NCBI GenBank assembly: GCA_963749405.1 | Contig: CAVVMY010000013.1 | Coordinates: 1 to 64,000 of the forward strand | Direction of reading: 5' to 3' | Length of the DNA: 64,000 nucleotides | DNA from: Candidatus Altiarchaeales archaeon | Lineage (GTDB): Archaea; Altiarchaeota; Altiarchaeia; IMC4; QMZM01 | Part shown: piece after piece, positions 18,933-28,852 of the stretch | Layout of the letters: each line of letters opens with the position of its first letter | Position numbering within the stretch: the first letter of the stretch is position 1 | Notes under the pieces: generated by a model | The model's input: the letters and a program-made list of their open reading frames with translations, nothing else | What the model was told of the DNA's origin: nothing | The model's database searches: none | Position numbers and translations under genes: made by a program

Positions 18933-20492
18933 ATGAAATTTGATACTAAAGACATCAGGGCCAGAGCAAAGGAAGACTTTGAGAAGACCTGGAACGAAAC
19001 TGCGAGAATGCTGCCTGAGAAAAGCGGAAAGGAATACGTCGGAGGAACTGGCCTGGTCCACCCATTGAATGCATTGATACAGGACGTGCGCAAGATATTC
19101 ATAAGCATAGGCTTTTCAGAAGCAGAGAATCCTTTGTTCGTCCCAGAGGAAGAAGTATACTTGCAATACGGACCAGAGGCTCCTGTCATACTCGACAGAT
19201 GCTACTACCTGGCCGGCCTACCCAGACCCGACATAGGCCTCGGCAAAACAGAGATAGAAAAAATCCACGCCATACACCAGGGGATAAAGACCGAAAAAGT
19301 AAAAGAGATACTCAGAGCCTACCGCGAAGGAACGATAGAAGGCGACAACCTCCTGGAAGAGATGGTCGGGCAATTAGGCATCTCCACAGGTGAAGCTGCA
19401 AAGATACTGGACATATTCCCGCAATTCCGGGGCCTGATCGCAGTCTCAGAAAAGATGACCCTAAGGTCGCACATGACCGCCGGCTGGTTCCCCACACTCA
19501 AAGCGCTCGTAGACAAGGAAGAGATGCCTGTGCGCCTGTTCTCAATCGGCCTGCGTTTCCGCAGGGAGCAGAAGGTTGATGCGACGCATCTGCGAGCCCA
19601 CTACGGCGCATCCTGTGTCATCATGGACCCTGATGTAAGCTTTGAAGCCGGCAAAAATGTCTCGGCAAAGGTGCTTGAGCGCCTAGGTTTCAAGGACATC
19701 AATTACACAAAGAAGAAAGCAACCTCTAATTACTACGCACCGGGCACGGAATACGAGATATTCTCAGGCAACGTGGAGGTCGCAGACTGCGGCATGTACT
19801 CTCCGGTGGCCTTGGCCAATTACGGCATAGAATACCCGGTATTCAACATAGGATTCGGCCTGGAACGCATACTCATGGTAAAGAAAAAGCTTACAGACGT
19901 GCGCGAACTACTATACCCACAGTTCTACAAGCAAGTATCCTACACAGACAAAGAACTCGCAGAACAGGTATCAATAGAGCGCACACCCCAGACCGATGAA
20001 GGAAAAGCACTCGCCCTCAGCATTGCAAAAGCCGCCCGCAAAAACGCGGCTACGCCCTCACCCTGCAAATACGCAGCATACGAAGGAAAACTCCTAGGGA
20101 AAAACATCACAGTCTCAGTACTGGAAAAAGAAGAAGGAACCAAACTACTCGGCCCGGCAGCACTCAACAACATATACGCATACCAGGGAGGACTCTACGG
20201 CCTCCCGGACGACATGAGCGCACTGAAAAAAGACCTGACAGAAGCAAAAGAAAAAGGAGTCCGAGCATCATTCGGCTTCCTTGACGCATTATCCAACCAG
20301 TTCGCAGCCGAAATAGAAAAAGAAGTAGCCGAAGGCAAAACCTCAGGCACATTCTCAGCCAAGATGGCCAAAACACCAGGAGAGATAAACATATCCATAA
20401 CAGATGCCGCCAGAAGATTCATAGGCGGAAAAAACCAGCCGATAGCCCTGAAAGGGCCTGTTTTTATGTCCGTTGAATTTATGCTTAAATAG
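18933..20492 (+). CDS. sepS: O-phosphoserine--tRNA(Cys) ligase (SepRS)
   Basis: 519 aa PheRS-alpha-like class II synthetase with VILDRCYYLAGLPRPDIGLG, TLRSHMTAGWF, HLRAHYGASCVI, SPVALANYGIEYPVFNIGFGLERILMV, LLYPQFY. These match the SepRS family (e.g. MJ1660) from memory. Confidence 0.85.
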   Translation: MKFDTKDIRARAKEDFEKTWNETARMLPEKSGKEYVGGTGLVHPLNALIQDVRKIFISIGFSEAENPLFVPEEEVYLQYGPEAPVILDRCYYLAGLPRPDIGLGKTEIEKIHAIHQGIKTEKVKEILRAYREGTIEGDNLLEEMVGQLGISTGEAAKILDIFPQFRGLIAVSEKMTLRSHMTAGWFPTLKALVDKEEMPVRLFSIGLRFRREQKVDATHLRAHYGASCVIMDPDVSFEAGKNVSAKVLERLGFKDINYTKKKATSNYYAPGTEYEIFSGNVEVADCGMYSPVALANYGIEYPVFNIGFGLERILMVKKKLTDVRELLYPQFYKQVSYTDKELAEQVSIERTPQTDEGKALALSIAKAARKNAATPSPCKYAAYEGKLLGKNITVSVLEKEEGTKLLGPAALNNIYAYQGGLYGLPDDMSALKKDLTEAKEKGVRASFGFLDALSNQFAAEIEKEVAEGKTSGTFSAKMAKTPGEINISITDAARRFIGGKNQPIALKGPVFMSVEFMLK

Positions 20493-20570
20493 GGACAATA
20501 TTTAAATACTTACGTCCTAATATTAAACAATATTCTAAATAGTGGAGTATCCTAAAGTATTATACCAAAG

Positions 20571-21215
20571 ATGAAAACAGTCCTCCAAGTATCCCTCAAC
20601 TCCCTAAACCTGCAGGAAGCACTAAGCATAGCAGAAAAAGCCTCAAACGAGGGAATCACATGGATAGAAGCCGCAAGCACCCTCATAAAAGCAGCAGGAC
20701 TCGCCTCCGTAACAGAAATAAGAAAAAGATACCCCAACGCAACAATAACCGCGGACATGAAGATGATCCGCTCGCCTGAAGAAGTAGCCGCAGCCGCAGA
20801 TGCCGGGGCGAACATAGTGATGTTCTATTCCGAAAGCGACGACGACCTGATACGCAGGTACGTTGAGAAAGCCAAGGAAAAAAACATCGAATTAATGGCT
20901 GACATATACGCCAGCGTTTTCCCTGCAAGAGACGCAAAACGATTCCAAGACCTCGGCGTAAACTACCTCTTCGTAAGGTCCCGGGACCTCAAAGCAGTCG
21001 CATCCGCAGTACAGATACCCGTGGCAGTCCCCATAGGAAGAGATGCGGAAGCTGCGAAAAGAGCTTGTCGAAAACGGGGCAAAGATACTAAACATAAGCG
21101 ATTTCCCAGACACGGAAAGAATAAACGGCATATCAGAAAAAATACCGGAACTGCGGGAAAGCCAAAAACAACCAACCGCGGCCAAGCCGGAAACCATAGC
21201 TGCTACATCCAATAA
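20571..21215 (+). CDS. HPS/KGPDC/OMPDC-family TIM-barrel protein (3-hexulose-6-phosphate synthase-like), divergent; 3' end uncertain (~21100-21215)
   Basis: MKTVLQVSLNSLNLQEALSIAEKAS…ITADMKMIRS…GANIVMFY… aligns to HPS MKLQVALDLVNLEEAL…ADLKTMDAG. Conserved Asp positions read N/S/R here. The ORF tail (RKRGKDTKHKRF…) looks like out-of-frame read-through overlapping the next gene. Confidence 0.5.
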   Translation: MKTVLQVSLNSLNLQEALSIAEKASNEGITWIEAASTLIKAAGLASVTEIRKRYPNATITADMKMIRSPEEVAAAADAGANIVMFYSESDDDLIRRYVEKAKEKNIELMADIYASVFPARDAKRFQDLGVNYLFVRSRDLKAVASAVQIPVAVPIGRDAEAAKRACRKRGKDTKHKRFPRHGKNKRHIRKNTGTAGKPKTTNRGQAGNHSCYIQ

Positions 21216-24200
21216 TTCTACGCCGCAGGCTACCAACACAAGCCAGACGCATGTCCTTTCCGAATTCGAAAGGCTCAACAAGCTGTTCTCGGACCTTGAA
21301 GAAAGACGAAAACTCGAAGAAAACCGAAGGATACTCCTTGAAAAAAAGCTGGAAGACAAAGAAAAAGAATACCAGCAGATGCTGGAAACAGAGCGAAGCA
21401 AGGTAGACGCCGAAATAGCAAAGATCGAAACAGAAAAAGAAGACATCCGCAGATACCGTGAAAAACTTGAAAAAGCCTCCGAAGAAACCGAAAAGCAACG
21501 GATGCGCATAATCGAGGAATGGGGCAGGATAAAACAGGCAGAGATATCATTCGAAGACACCCAAAAGAAAAAGCTCGAAGAATACAATTCCAGAAAAGAG
21601 GAAATATGGAAAAAATGGGAAGACGAGCAGAAAAAGCGATGGATGAACGCCTCAGCAGAGATAGAAGAAGCAAGACAGAAGCTTGCAGCACGCTGGGCCG
21701 ACGTAGAAGACTACTCCGAAAGAGCAGAAAATGCGAAAAAAGAGATAGAAGAACAAAGAGCACTGATCACACAAGACAAGGCGGAAGCCGAAAAGAAACT
21801 GCAGGAAGCGCTGAACCTGCACAAACTGCACGAGAGCAATGCAAAACTCCTGGAAGAAGACAAAAGAGAAACCGAGGAAAAGAAAAAATACATAGAAGAA
21901 CAAAAAAAGTACGTAGACGAGCAAAACGCATCATTCGAAAAAAGATGGGCAGACGCTAAAGCGCAACTGGAAAACAGCCTGGAAGAGCGGGAAAAAAGCC
22001 TGGAAGCCCAAAAACTCATACTAGCCGAGGAAAAACTCCAGATAAAGTCAGAAAAACAAGATGCCGAGAGACTCAAACTGGACGTGAGTGCAGAACTGGA
22101 AAAAGCCCGGAAGCGAGAAGAAGAGGCTGAAAAATTACACAAGAAAATCGCAGAAGAACAAAAAGAAGCAGAGGAGCGAATAGCAAAAGAGCAAAAGAGA
22201 CTAGACGAAAAAGAGAAACAGATAGAAGCAAGAGAAACAGAAGCCGCCAAATCCGCAGACCTAATAGCGAAAGCTGCGAGCATAAAAGAAGAAAAGCTCA
22301 AGGCAGAGGAGGCGGCTGCAAAAGCTGCCCAGAAACTAAAGGAAGCATCCGAAGCCGAGGAAAGAATACGAAAAACAGAAAGAAAAATCGACGAACAGCA
22401 GAGAACAAGAAAACAGGAGCTGCAAGAACTGGAAAAAGAGCGCTGGATGCTCAACGACGAACTCAAAAAGATGGAGAACAGTTGGGCAACGCTCTCAGAG
22501 ATTGAGAAAAAACAGGAAGAAGAAAAGAGAATACTCGACGACATGCGCGCAGAAATAGAGGAACAGAGAAAGAGCATAGAAGAAAAATTCGAAAAACTGG
22601 AGAAAAAAGAAAAAGAACTAAAGGATGCGCAAGAAGCATCCGAAAAAAACCAGCAATACCACCTGGAAGAATACAAAAAGAAAGCAGACGAAGGCTGGGA
22701 ACACTGGGAAGACGAACAGAAAAACAAATGGAAAGACGAATACGCAAAGATTGAAGACGAGAAAAAGAAGCTCGCAGACGAAAAAACAGAACTAAAAGCA
22801 AGAATCGCCCAGATGGAACTGGAATCCTGGAAAACATCCGAAGAATCCCGGAAAATAGAAAAAAGACTGGAAGAAGCAACAGAAAAAGAACGCATAACAG
22901 AAGAAAACCTCAGAAAGATCACAGAAAAAGAGCAGAGCCAAAGAGGCCTCATAGAAGAAATAGAGAAAGAACGCTGGAGGATACACGACGAGCAGCAGAA
23001 GGCGGAAAAAAGCGGGGCGCAGATCCTGGAAATAGAGAAAAGATACGAAAACGACAAAGAATCGATAGCCAGGGACAAGGCATTCATAGAGGAACAGAAA
23101 AAGAAACTCGAAACAGACGAACAGAAACTGAAGGAAGAATGCAGAAAACTCCGGGACGATGCAAACTCGCAATTTTCCGGCCTGCAGGAAGACACGGTCG
23201 TCATAAGCGCTAAATGGGTGGAGATAAAAGACGCGGAAAAAAAGCTGGAAGAAGAAAGAAAAAACGCAGAACAGGAAAGAAAAGACCTGGACGACATCAA
23301 AAAGAGGATCGAAGAAGAAGCCTGCAAGCTGGAAGAGCGGATGATTGACGCAGCCGGGACCGAGGCAAAATACGCAGAGCAGCAGGCGGCGCTCGAGGGG
23401 ATAAGCAGAAAAGAGCAGGAGATAAGAGACTACGAAAAGAAGAAGGAAGAAGAAGCAGCCGCAAGAAAAGAGGAGACTGCGGAAATAGACCGCGAAAGGC
23501 GGAAGCTGAGCGATGAATTAAAAGAGGTAGAATCCAAGCGGGCGCAGATATCGGAAGCCGAAAAAGAACTGGAAGAAGAAAGACGCAGAACGGAAGACGA
23601 AAGAAAGGCTCTCGAAGGAGAAAAACAGAAAAGGAAGCAGGAAACAGAAAACGAAGACTCCGCCAGCATAGAAGAAAGAAAACAGGAACTCATCGGATTA
23701 TCAAATAAGATAGAAGAACAGCAGAAGATAAGAAAAGAGGAAGTAAGAGCCATAGAAATGGAGCGCTGGAGGCTCATAGACGAAGCAAAGAAGATAGAGC
23801 TGCACCAAAACAACATAGCCCGATCAGAGCAGGCATTCACAGAAGAAAAAGCCCGGATTGAAAAAGAGAGAACTGAACTTGCGGAAGAGAAGAAAAAAGT
23901 AAGCGGGCAAAGCGACCTATTGGAGAAAAAACTGGCAGAAATAAAGCTCGCAGAAGAGGAGATCACCAGGAAAAGAGCGTCCCAGGCGGAAGAATTAAAG
24001 AAAAAAGAAGAAGAGCTAATGCAACTGCACGGACAGACTCTTGAAGAAAAAACCAGAAGAAAAGAAGAAGCAGAAAGCATAGAAAAAGAGAGCTGGAAAC
24101 TAATCGACGCACAGAAGAAGCTGGAACTGCGCGAGAAACAAATAAGGGAAGCGGAGAAAAGATTCCTTGAAGAAAAAGAACTGATGGAGAAATCCAAGCA

Positions 24201-24631
24201 GAACCTTTCCGAACAGAAGAGAAAAATAGACGAGGAAAAAAGCCGCATGGAAAAAAAGGCCTTGGAACTAAAAGAACTGGAGCAGCAGGCCGCGCAAAAG
24301 GAAAAACTGGATGCCTACCGGAAAAAAAGAGAAGAAGAACTGGAATCCTCAGGCCTTAAAACCTCGGCAGAGCAATCCGAAGACAAGTTCCGCAAGGAGA
24401 GAAAGGATCCTGGAAATAGAGCGCTGGAGGCTCATGGACGAAGCAAAGAAGATAGAGAATCGGTGGGCGCAGATAAAGGAGGCAGAGAAAAAGCGCATGG
24501 GAGAAGAACAGGAACCTGTAGACGAGGTTCAGAACTCAACGGATAAGAAGCAGGACGCATTCAAGAAGACTGCAAGCCCGGTGGACGACCTGAAGATCCT
24601 TGAAGAAGAGCACTCCAAAAAGAAGACCTGA
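21043..24631 (+). CDS. Giant repetitive coiled-coil protein (~1190 aa, E/K/R-rich) with frameshift near ~24400
   Basis: Repeated modules EKERWMLNDELKKME, ERWRIHDEQQKAEK, EMERWRLIDEAKKIE, EKESWKLIDAQKKLE, plus EIWKKWEDEQKKRW and EGWEHWEDEQKNKWKDE. The EIERWRLMDEAKKIENRWAQIKEAEKK repeat continues in ORF 24311..24631 in another frame. No TM or NTPase motifs seen. Confidence 0.65.
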
Positions 24632-24658
24632 TGTCCAGTTTAACCTTGCAAGCCGAAA

Positions 24659-26479
24659 ATGCTAACCGACGTACTCAATATCCTGCTTGGGACGCTTCTA
24701 TTGTTTTTCGTCCCGGGATATGCCCTCGTTATCGCATTATTCCCAAAAAAAGGCCTCGACATCTATGAAAAGATATCGATTTCTATAATCTCCAGCATAT
24801 CCATAAATATCCTCCCGATATTTGTTTTGAACTATGTTTTCAAGATACCCATCAATTATTACACAGTCGTCGCCTCAGCCCTACTTTTCACTGCGGCGTG
24901 CATCATAATATATTTCCTGCGCACCCGCGAGATACCTGAATTCTATTACGAGATCCACGAATACGGCCTGCAGAAGGTCCTGCGGGTGCTCTGCGTTCTG
25001 GCCTTAGTGGCTGCGAATTTCCTGTTGGTATATTCCATACATCAAAACTATTCCTATCCCTACATGCTCGACGAATGGCAGCACATGGCAGAGGGCATAC
25101 AGGTGCAGGACAACGCAGGAATCGTCCTACAAAACCCGTACTACAAAGACGGAGGCGCAGGAATCGAATCCGGCTTTTTTGAGAAAGGCTTCCACGTATT
25201 CCTATCTGAGCTATTCATGCTGACCGGGCAGGATCCTGTCCGAATCTATGCGATAATGCCGGCACTCTTTGCAGCAATAACCGCGCTCATCGTATTCACT
25301 TTCGCCTACAAGACCACAAATAACTACGCCATCGGCCTGTTCACAATGCTCTTCTATGCTGCTCTGCGCAGCAACGTAAGCGTGCTGGGACCATGGTTCT
25401 ACGTCCCGCTGACCATGGGATTCGCATACATATACGCGATACTATACCTCTTTTCCGCAGGCCTGGAAAGATACCGCCTACGGCTGCTGCTCCTATCCTC
25501 GCTTTTCCTGCTCACACTGGCGCTGATACACCCATGGTCAGCAGCAGTCGTATTCCCGGCAATCATATTATACCCGTTCCTGCGTCCCGGAATCCTAAAA
25601 GAAAAGAACGTCCACCTGATAGCGGGGATAATGCTAATCCCTTTCCTTTCCCTAGGCTACATAATCAAGATTATGTGGCAGGGAACATTCGAGAAAACAC
25701 TGTCATACTTTACGGCAAACTTTCTCGTAAGCGGCCTAGGAATACCTGTAACAGAAGCCGCAAGCCCGGCATACATCATATCATTCTACGGCATAGTGCC
25801 TCTGCTGCTCGCTTTGGCAGGTGCGTACTACATCATAAAAAAGAAAAAAGGAATTGAAAGAATATTCCTGGCATGGGCAGCATTCATCGCCGCAATCATA
25901 ATAATGTTCCAGATAACCGGTAAAACCGTTCTGGCACCCTACGAAAGAATACTATACTACGCCTTCCTCTCATTCGTGCCCCTCTCAGCAATAGGCCTCT
26001 ATGCCGTCCTGGAATACCTGACCAAGAAGACCAAGAACACAAAAACAAGATTCCTGATCTCCCTGCTATGCATCGGCGCATTAGCATACATTCTTTTTGC
26101 GCCCTACTATGAAAGCCGCGCAGGCCTCTACAAAATAATAGACGACGACACATACTCAGGAATAAAAGCACTGGAAAAAACAGGCACACATCAAATAGTC
26201 CTAGCCAGGCCGGAAATCTCATCAGCGATCTACCCGATAACCAGAAACTACGTAATCTCGATAAACCCAGCCCAGCTAAGCGCAGGCAAACAAGCCCTGG
26301 AAGACAACAGAAGATTTTTCATGACAGACTGCGACGGAAAAAGCCAGATCCTCGAAAGATACGGCGTGGACTACATATTCGTCAGAGCGGAAGACGCCCA
26401 GGACTGCCCGGGAATGAAGCTGATTTATAGGGAAAAAGGCTCCTATATCTATGAGGCAGCAAAGAATGGAGGCACCTGA
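24659..26479 (+). CDS. GT-C-fold glycosyltransferase-like integral membrane protein (PMT/ArnT/AglB-like; ~13 TM plus C-terminal soluble domain)
   Basis: 606 aa, many TM helices. First extracellular loop contains YMLDEWQHMAEG, a DE acidic motif typical of GT-C transferases. C-terminal ~150 aa hydrophilic domain. Confidence 0.55.
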   Translation: MLTDVLNILLGTLLLFFVPGYALVIALFPKKGLDIYEKISISIISSISINILPIFVLNYVFKIPINYYTVVASALLFTAACIIIYFLRTREIPEFYYEIHEYGLQKVLRVLCVLALVAANFLLVYSIHQNYSYPYMLDEWQHMAEGIQVQDNAGIVLQNPYYKDGGAGIESGFFEKGFHVFLSELFMLTGQDPVRIYAIMPALFAAITALIVFTFAYKTTNNYAIGLFTMLFYAALRSNVSVLGPWFYVPLTMGFAYIYAILYLFSAGLERYRLRLLLLSSLFLLTLALIHPWSAAVVFPAIILYPFLRPGILKEKNVHLIAGIMLIPFLSLGYIIKIMWQGTFEKTLSYFTANFLVSGLGIPVTEAASPAYIISFYGIVPLLLALAGAYYIIKKKKGIERIFLAWAAFIAAIIIMFQITGKTVLAPYERILYYAFLSFVPLSAIGLYAVLEYLTKKTKNTKTRFLISLLCIGALAYILFAPYYESRAGLYKIIDDDTYSGIKALEKTGTHQIVLARPEISSAIYPITRNYVISINPAQLSAGKQALEDNRRFFMTDCDGKSQILERYGVDYIFVRAEDAQDCPGMKLIYREKGSYIYEAAKNGGT

Positions 26480-26972
26480 AGCCATAAGGACCAGAAGAAG
26501 CATCCGCGAATATTCCAAAAAAATCATCCCAAAAGAAAAAATAGAAAAAATACTCGTAGCCGAAGCAAGATGGGCTCCGTCAGGGATGAACAACCAGCCC
26601 TGGTGCTTCGTCATAGTCACGGACAAAAAGACAAAAGACCTCCTAGCAAAACAGACACACTACGAAGACACTATAAAATCCGCGCCAATGGCGATCTGCG
26701 TTTTCTACGACGCAGGCAGCGGATACGACCGCACAAAAGACGTTCTATCGATCGGCGCATGCATACAGAACATGCTCCTCGCAGCCCATTCCCAGGGCCT
26801 GGGCGCATGCTGGCTGGGAGAGATACTGAAAAACAAAGAAACAGTCGCTGCATTATTCAAAGCACCTGCAGGCTACGAACTGATGGCAGTAATAACCCTG
26901 GGCGAGCCTGCGGAAAACCCAAAGGAAACAAACAGAAAAGAGCTGAACGAACTAATATACAAATGGACCTGA
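26451..26972 (+). CDS. Nitroreductase-family NAD(P)H-flavin oxidoreductase
   Basis: RTRRSIREYSKKIIPKEKIEKILVAEARWAPSGMNNQPWCFVIV…, the classic nitroreductase N-terminal signature. 173 aa. Confidence 0.8.
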   Translation: MRQQRMEAPEAIRTRRSIREYSKKIIPKEKIEKILVAEARWAPSGMNNQPWCFVIVTDKKTKDLLAKQTHYEDTIKSAPMAICVFYDAGSGYDRTKDVLSIGACIQNMLLAAHSQGLGACWLGEILKNKETVAALFKAPAGYELMAVITLGEPAENPKETNRKELNELIYKWT

Positions 26973-27859
26973 AACTCAACCAAAACACCTACTCTGCGCT
27001 GGCGAAAATCAAAGGCGCAAAAGGCATATCCTCCACAGAATACAACCTGAAAGACAGGAAAGCATACGTCCTCGACATCGGAGTTACTGCACAGATAAAA
27101 GGGAAAGCCGCGGAAAAAATCGGACTTGCGATCGCTGACGCATCCATGGGCCTGCTTGGGAAAACATCCATCAAAGAAGGGATGCTCACAGTAGAGATAT
27201 CCAAACACCCGGTCATAGCAACGCTGGGATGCCAGCTGGCAGGCTGGTCCATAGAAATAGACGGAAAAAAACGCCTGGGCTCGGGACCTGCAAGAATCCT
27301 TGCAAGAAAACCCGGAAAGATAATAGACGCCGCAGGCTACTGCGAATCCTCGGACCAGGCCGCGCTAATACTGGAAACAAACCATCTGCCCGGAGAACAA
27401 GACTGCGAAAAGATACTCGAAGAAACCAAGGCAAAAGAGATCATAATAGCGGCATTCCGCGAAGACTCCCAAATCGGCCTCATAAACGTCCTTGCAAGGG
27501 TCGTCGAGGTAGGTATGTTTCGGCTCCACAACATAGGATACGACACCAAAAAAATCCTATGGGCCAAGGGCACGGTTCCAATCCCTCCGCTGGGAAAAGA
27601 CATAATGTACACCTCAAACGACGCCATAATATACAGAGGCACAGTCTCGATGGAAGCAGACGGCTGGGACCCTGCGTTCACAGACAAGGCAGTTTCAAAA
27701 TCCTCTGCATCCTATGGAAAAAGCTTCAAAGAAATATTCCAGGAAGCAGGGGGAGACTTCTACAAAATAGACGCCGGGATATTCGCCCCGGCACAGATAA
27801 AAATAAAAGACCTGCATGACGGGAAAAGCTACTCGGCAGGAAGCGTTTACGTATTTTAA
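26963..27859 (+). CDS. mch: Methenyltetrahydromethanopterin cyclohydrolase
   Basis: MDLKLNQNTYS… LGCQLAGWSIEIDGKKRLGSGPARILARKPGKIIDAAGYCESSDQAALILETNHLP matches the Mch family. ~299 aa. Overlaps the nitroreductase stop by 10 nt. The long ORF 26570..27859 is the same frame with a spurious upstream extension. Confidence 0.8.
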   Translation: MDLKLNQNTYSALAKIKGAKGISSTEYNLKDRKAYVLDIGVTAQIKGKAAEKIGLAIADASMGLLGKTSIKEGMLTVEISKHPVIATLGCQLAGWSIEIDGKKRLGSGPARILARKPGKIIDAAGYCESSDQAALILETNHLPGEQDCEKILEETKAKEIIIAAFREDSQIGLINVLARVVEVGMFRLHNIGYDTKKILWAKGTVPIPPLGKDIMYTSNDAIIYRGTVSMEADGWDPAFTDKAVSKSSASYGKSFKEIFQEAGGDFYKIDAGIFAPAQIKIKDLHDGKSYSAGSVYVF

Positions 27860-27910
27860 ACACATAATCCCTATGATAAGCCATTATAAATCCAAAGGTG
27901 GTCAGGAAAA

Positions 27911-28093
27911 ATGGTTGACATAAAAATAGACAAAGAAAAATGCACAGGATGCGGAACATGCGTAGACACCTGCCCAATGGGCATATACAGCCTGGACAAA
28001 GGCAAAGCAAAAGCCGGAGAAAAAGATGAATGCGTCATGTGCAGAGCCTGCGAAAGCGCCTGCCCCGCAGGGGCAATAGAAGTGACAGAATAA
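27911..28093 (+). CDS. 2x[4Fe-4S] ferredoxin (60 aa)
   Basis: CTGCGTCVDTCP and CVMCRACESACP cluster motifs. Confidence 0.8.
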   Translation: MVDIKIDKEKCTGCGTCVDTCPMGIYSLDKGKAKAGEKDECVMCRACESACPAGAIEVTE

Positions 28094-28128
28094 AAAAGCT
28101 CTTTTCCAAACTGCTTCTCAGAAGGGAA

Positions 28129-28422
28129 TCACAGCATCACAAACTGCGCATGCTTAACTCCGCCCACGACAAGCACGCACCCAGCATCGATTAGCCCGGC
28201 GGATACGGCATACTCCACAACCCGGTTGCCGGCAAGATTAGCGATAGTCGCGCCAGACAAAACAGAGGCAAGTTCATCCATGGGTGCAACACCCCGGCTG
28301 TAGAAAGACTCCTTTACTTCCAGCACAATCTCTCCTTCAAAGAACGTCCTGCCAAGTATCTCCCTATCGCATGCCGCAACAAGGACGTCATTTCCACAGG
28401 TATGTATCTTATAACAGAACAT
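28129..28422 (-). CDS. Conserved hypothetical protein (97 aa)
   Basis: ORF MFCYKIHTCGNDVLVAACDREILGRTFFEGEIVLEVKE…NLAGNRVVEYAVSAGLIDAGCVLVVGG. No confident family assignment. Confidence 0.3.
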   Translation of the reverse strand: MFCYKIHTCGNDVLVAACDREILGRTFFEGEIVLEVKESFYSRGVAPMDELASVLSGATIANLAGNRVVEYAVSAGLIDAGCVLVVGGVKHAQFVML

Positions 28423-28438
28423 AAAAAATCAAATGAAA

Positions 28439-28852
28439 TTATTTGATCTTGCGCAGAGGCCTCCAACCGCCGCATGCAGCGCACTTGATTATCCTCTGAC
28501 CCTCAAGCTCAGTGAACTTGGTATCAGGTTTCCTGCACTCAGCACATAAGACATACTCCAAGGCATAGGCTTCTATCTTCTGGTCTATGACGTGCTTACG
28601 CAAAGCCCTCTGGATGACCACGCGGCTACCATCAAGCGTCCCAGGGGCTGCAAGCTCCTTAAGCAGGAAAGTAAAGACATGCTTAGGATCCCTGCCCAAA
28701 AGGTCGGCAATCTCGGAAAAATTCTTTATAATGGTCTGATTACCCTCAATAAAGGTATTAGCCTGCGGGATATTGAAACGCTCATGACTCTTCAAACCAT
28801 CAGGCAAATGCTCCCATGCCCTATCCAAAAGCGTGTTATAATTATATTCCAT
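28439..28852 (-). CDS. eif2b: Translation initiation factor 2 subunit beta (aIF2-beta)
   Basis: …YVLCAECRKPDTKFTELEGQRIIKCAACGG C4 zinc ribbon, plus conserved N-terminal helical region. 137 aa. Confidence 0.8.
   Translation of the reverse strand: MEYNYNTLLDRAWEHLPDGLKSHERFNIPQANTFIEGNQTIIKNFSEIADLLGRDPKHVFTFLLKELAAPGTLDGSRVVIQRALRKHVIDQKIEAYALEYVLCAECRKPDTKFTELEGQRIIKCAACGGWRPLRKIK

Noticed and set aside
21711-23327. 538-aa minus-strand ORF, extremely Ser/Phe/Leu-rich, plus several shorter antisense ORFs (21133..21498, 22463..22879, 22792..23172, 23430..24248)
   Set aside because: These are the antisense reading of a purine-rich (GAA/AAG) coiled-coil gene, which automatically yields TTC/CTT (F/L/S) ORFs. 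The sense-strand protein has coherent repeats. The antisense one is compositional noise.
27229-27819. 196-aa R/K-rich ORF inside mch, and 26570-26962 N-terminal extension of the mch ORF
   Set aside because: The alternative frame has no features. Mch homology begins at the ATG at 26963, and the upstream in-frame stretch overlaps the nitroreductase gene in another frame.
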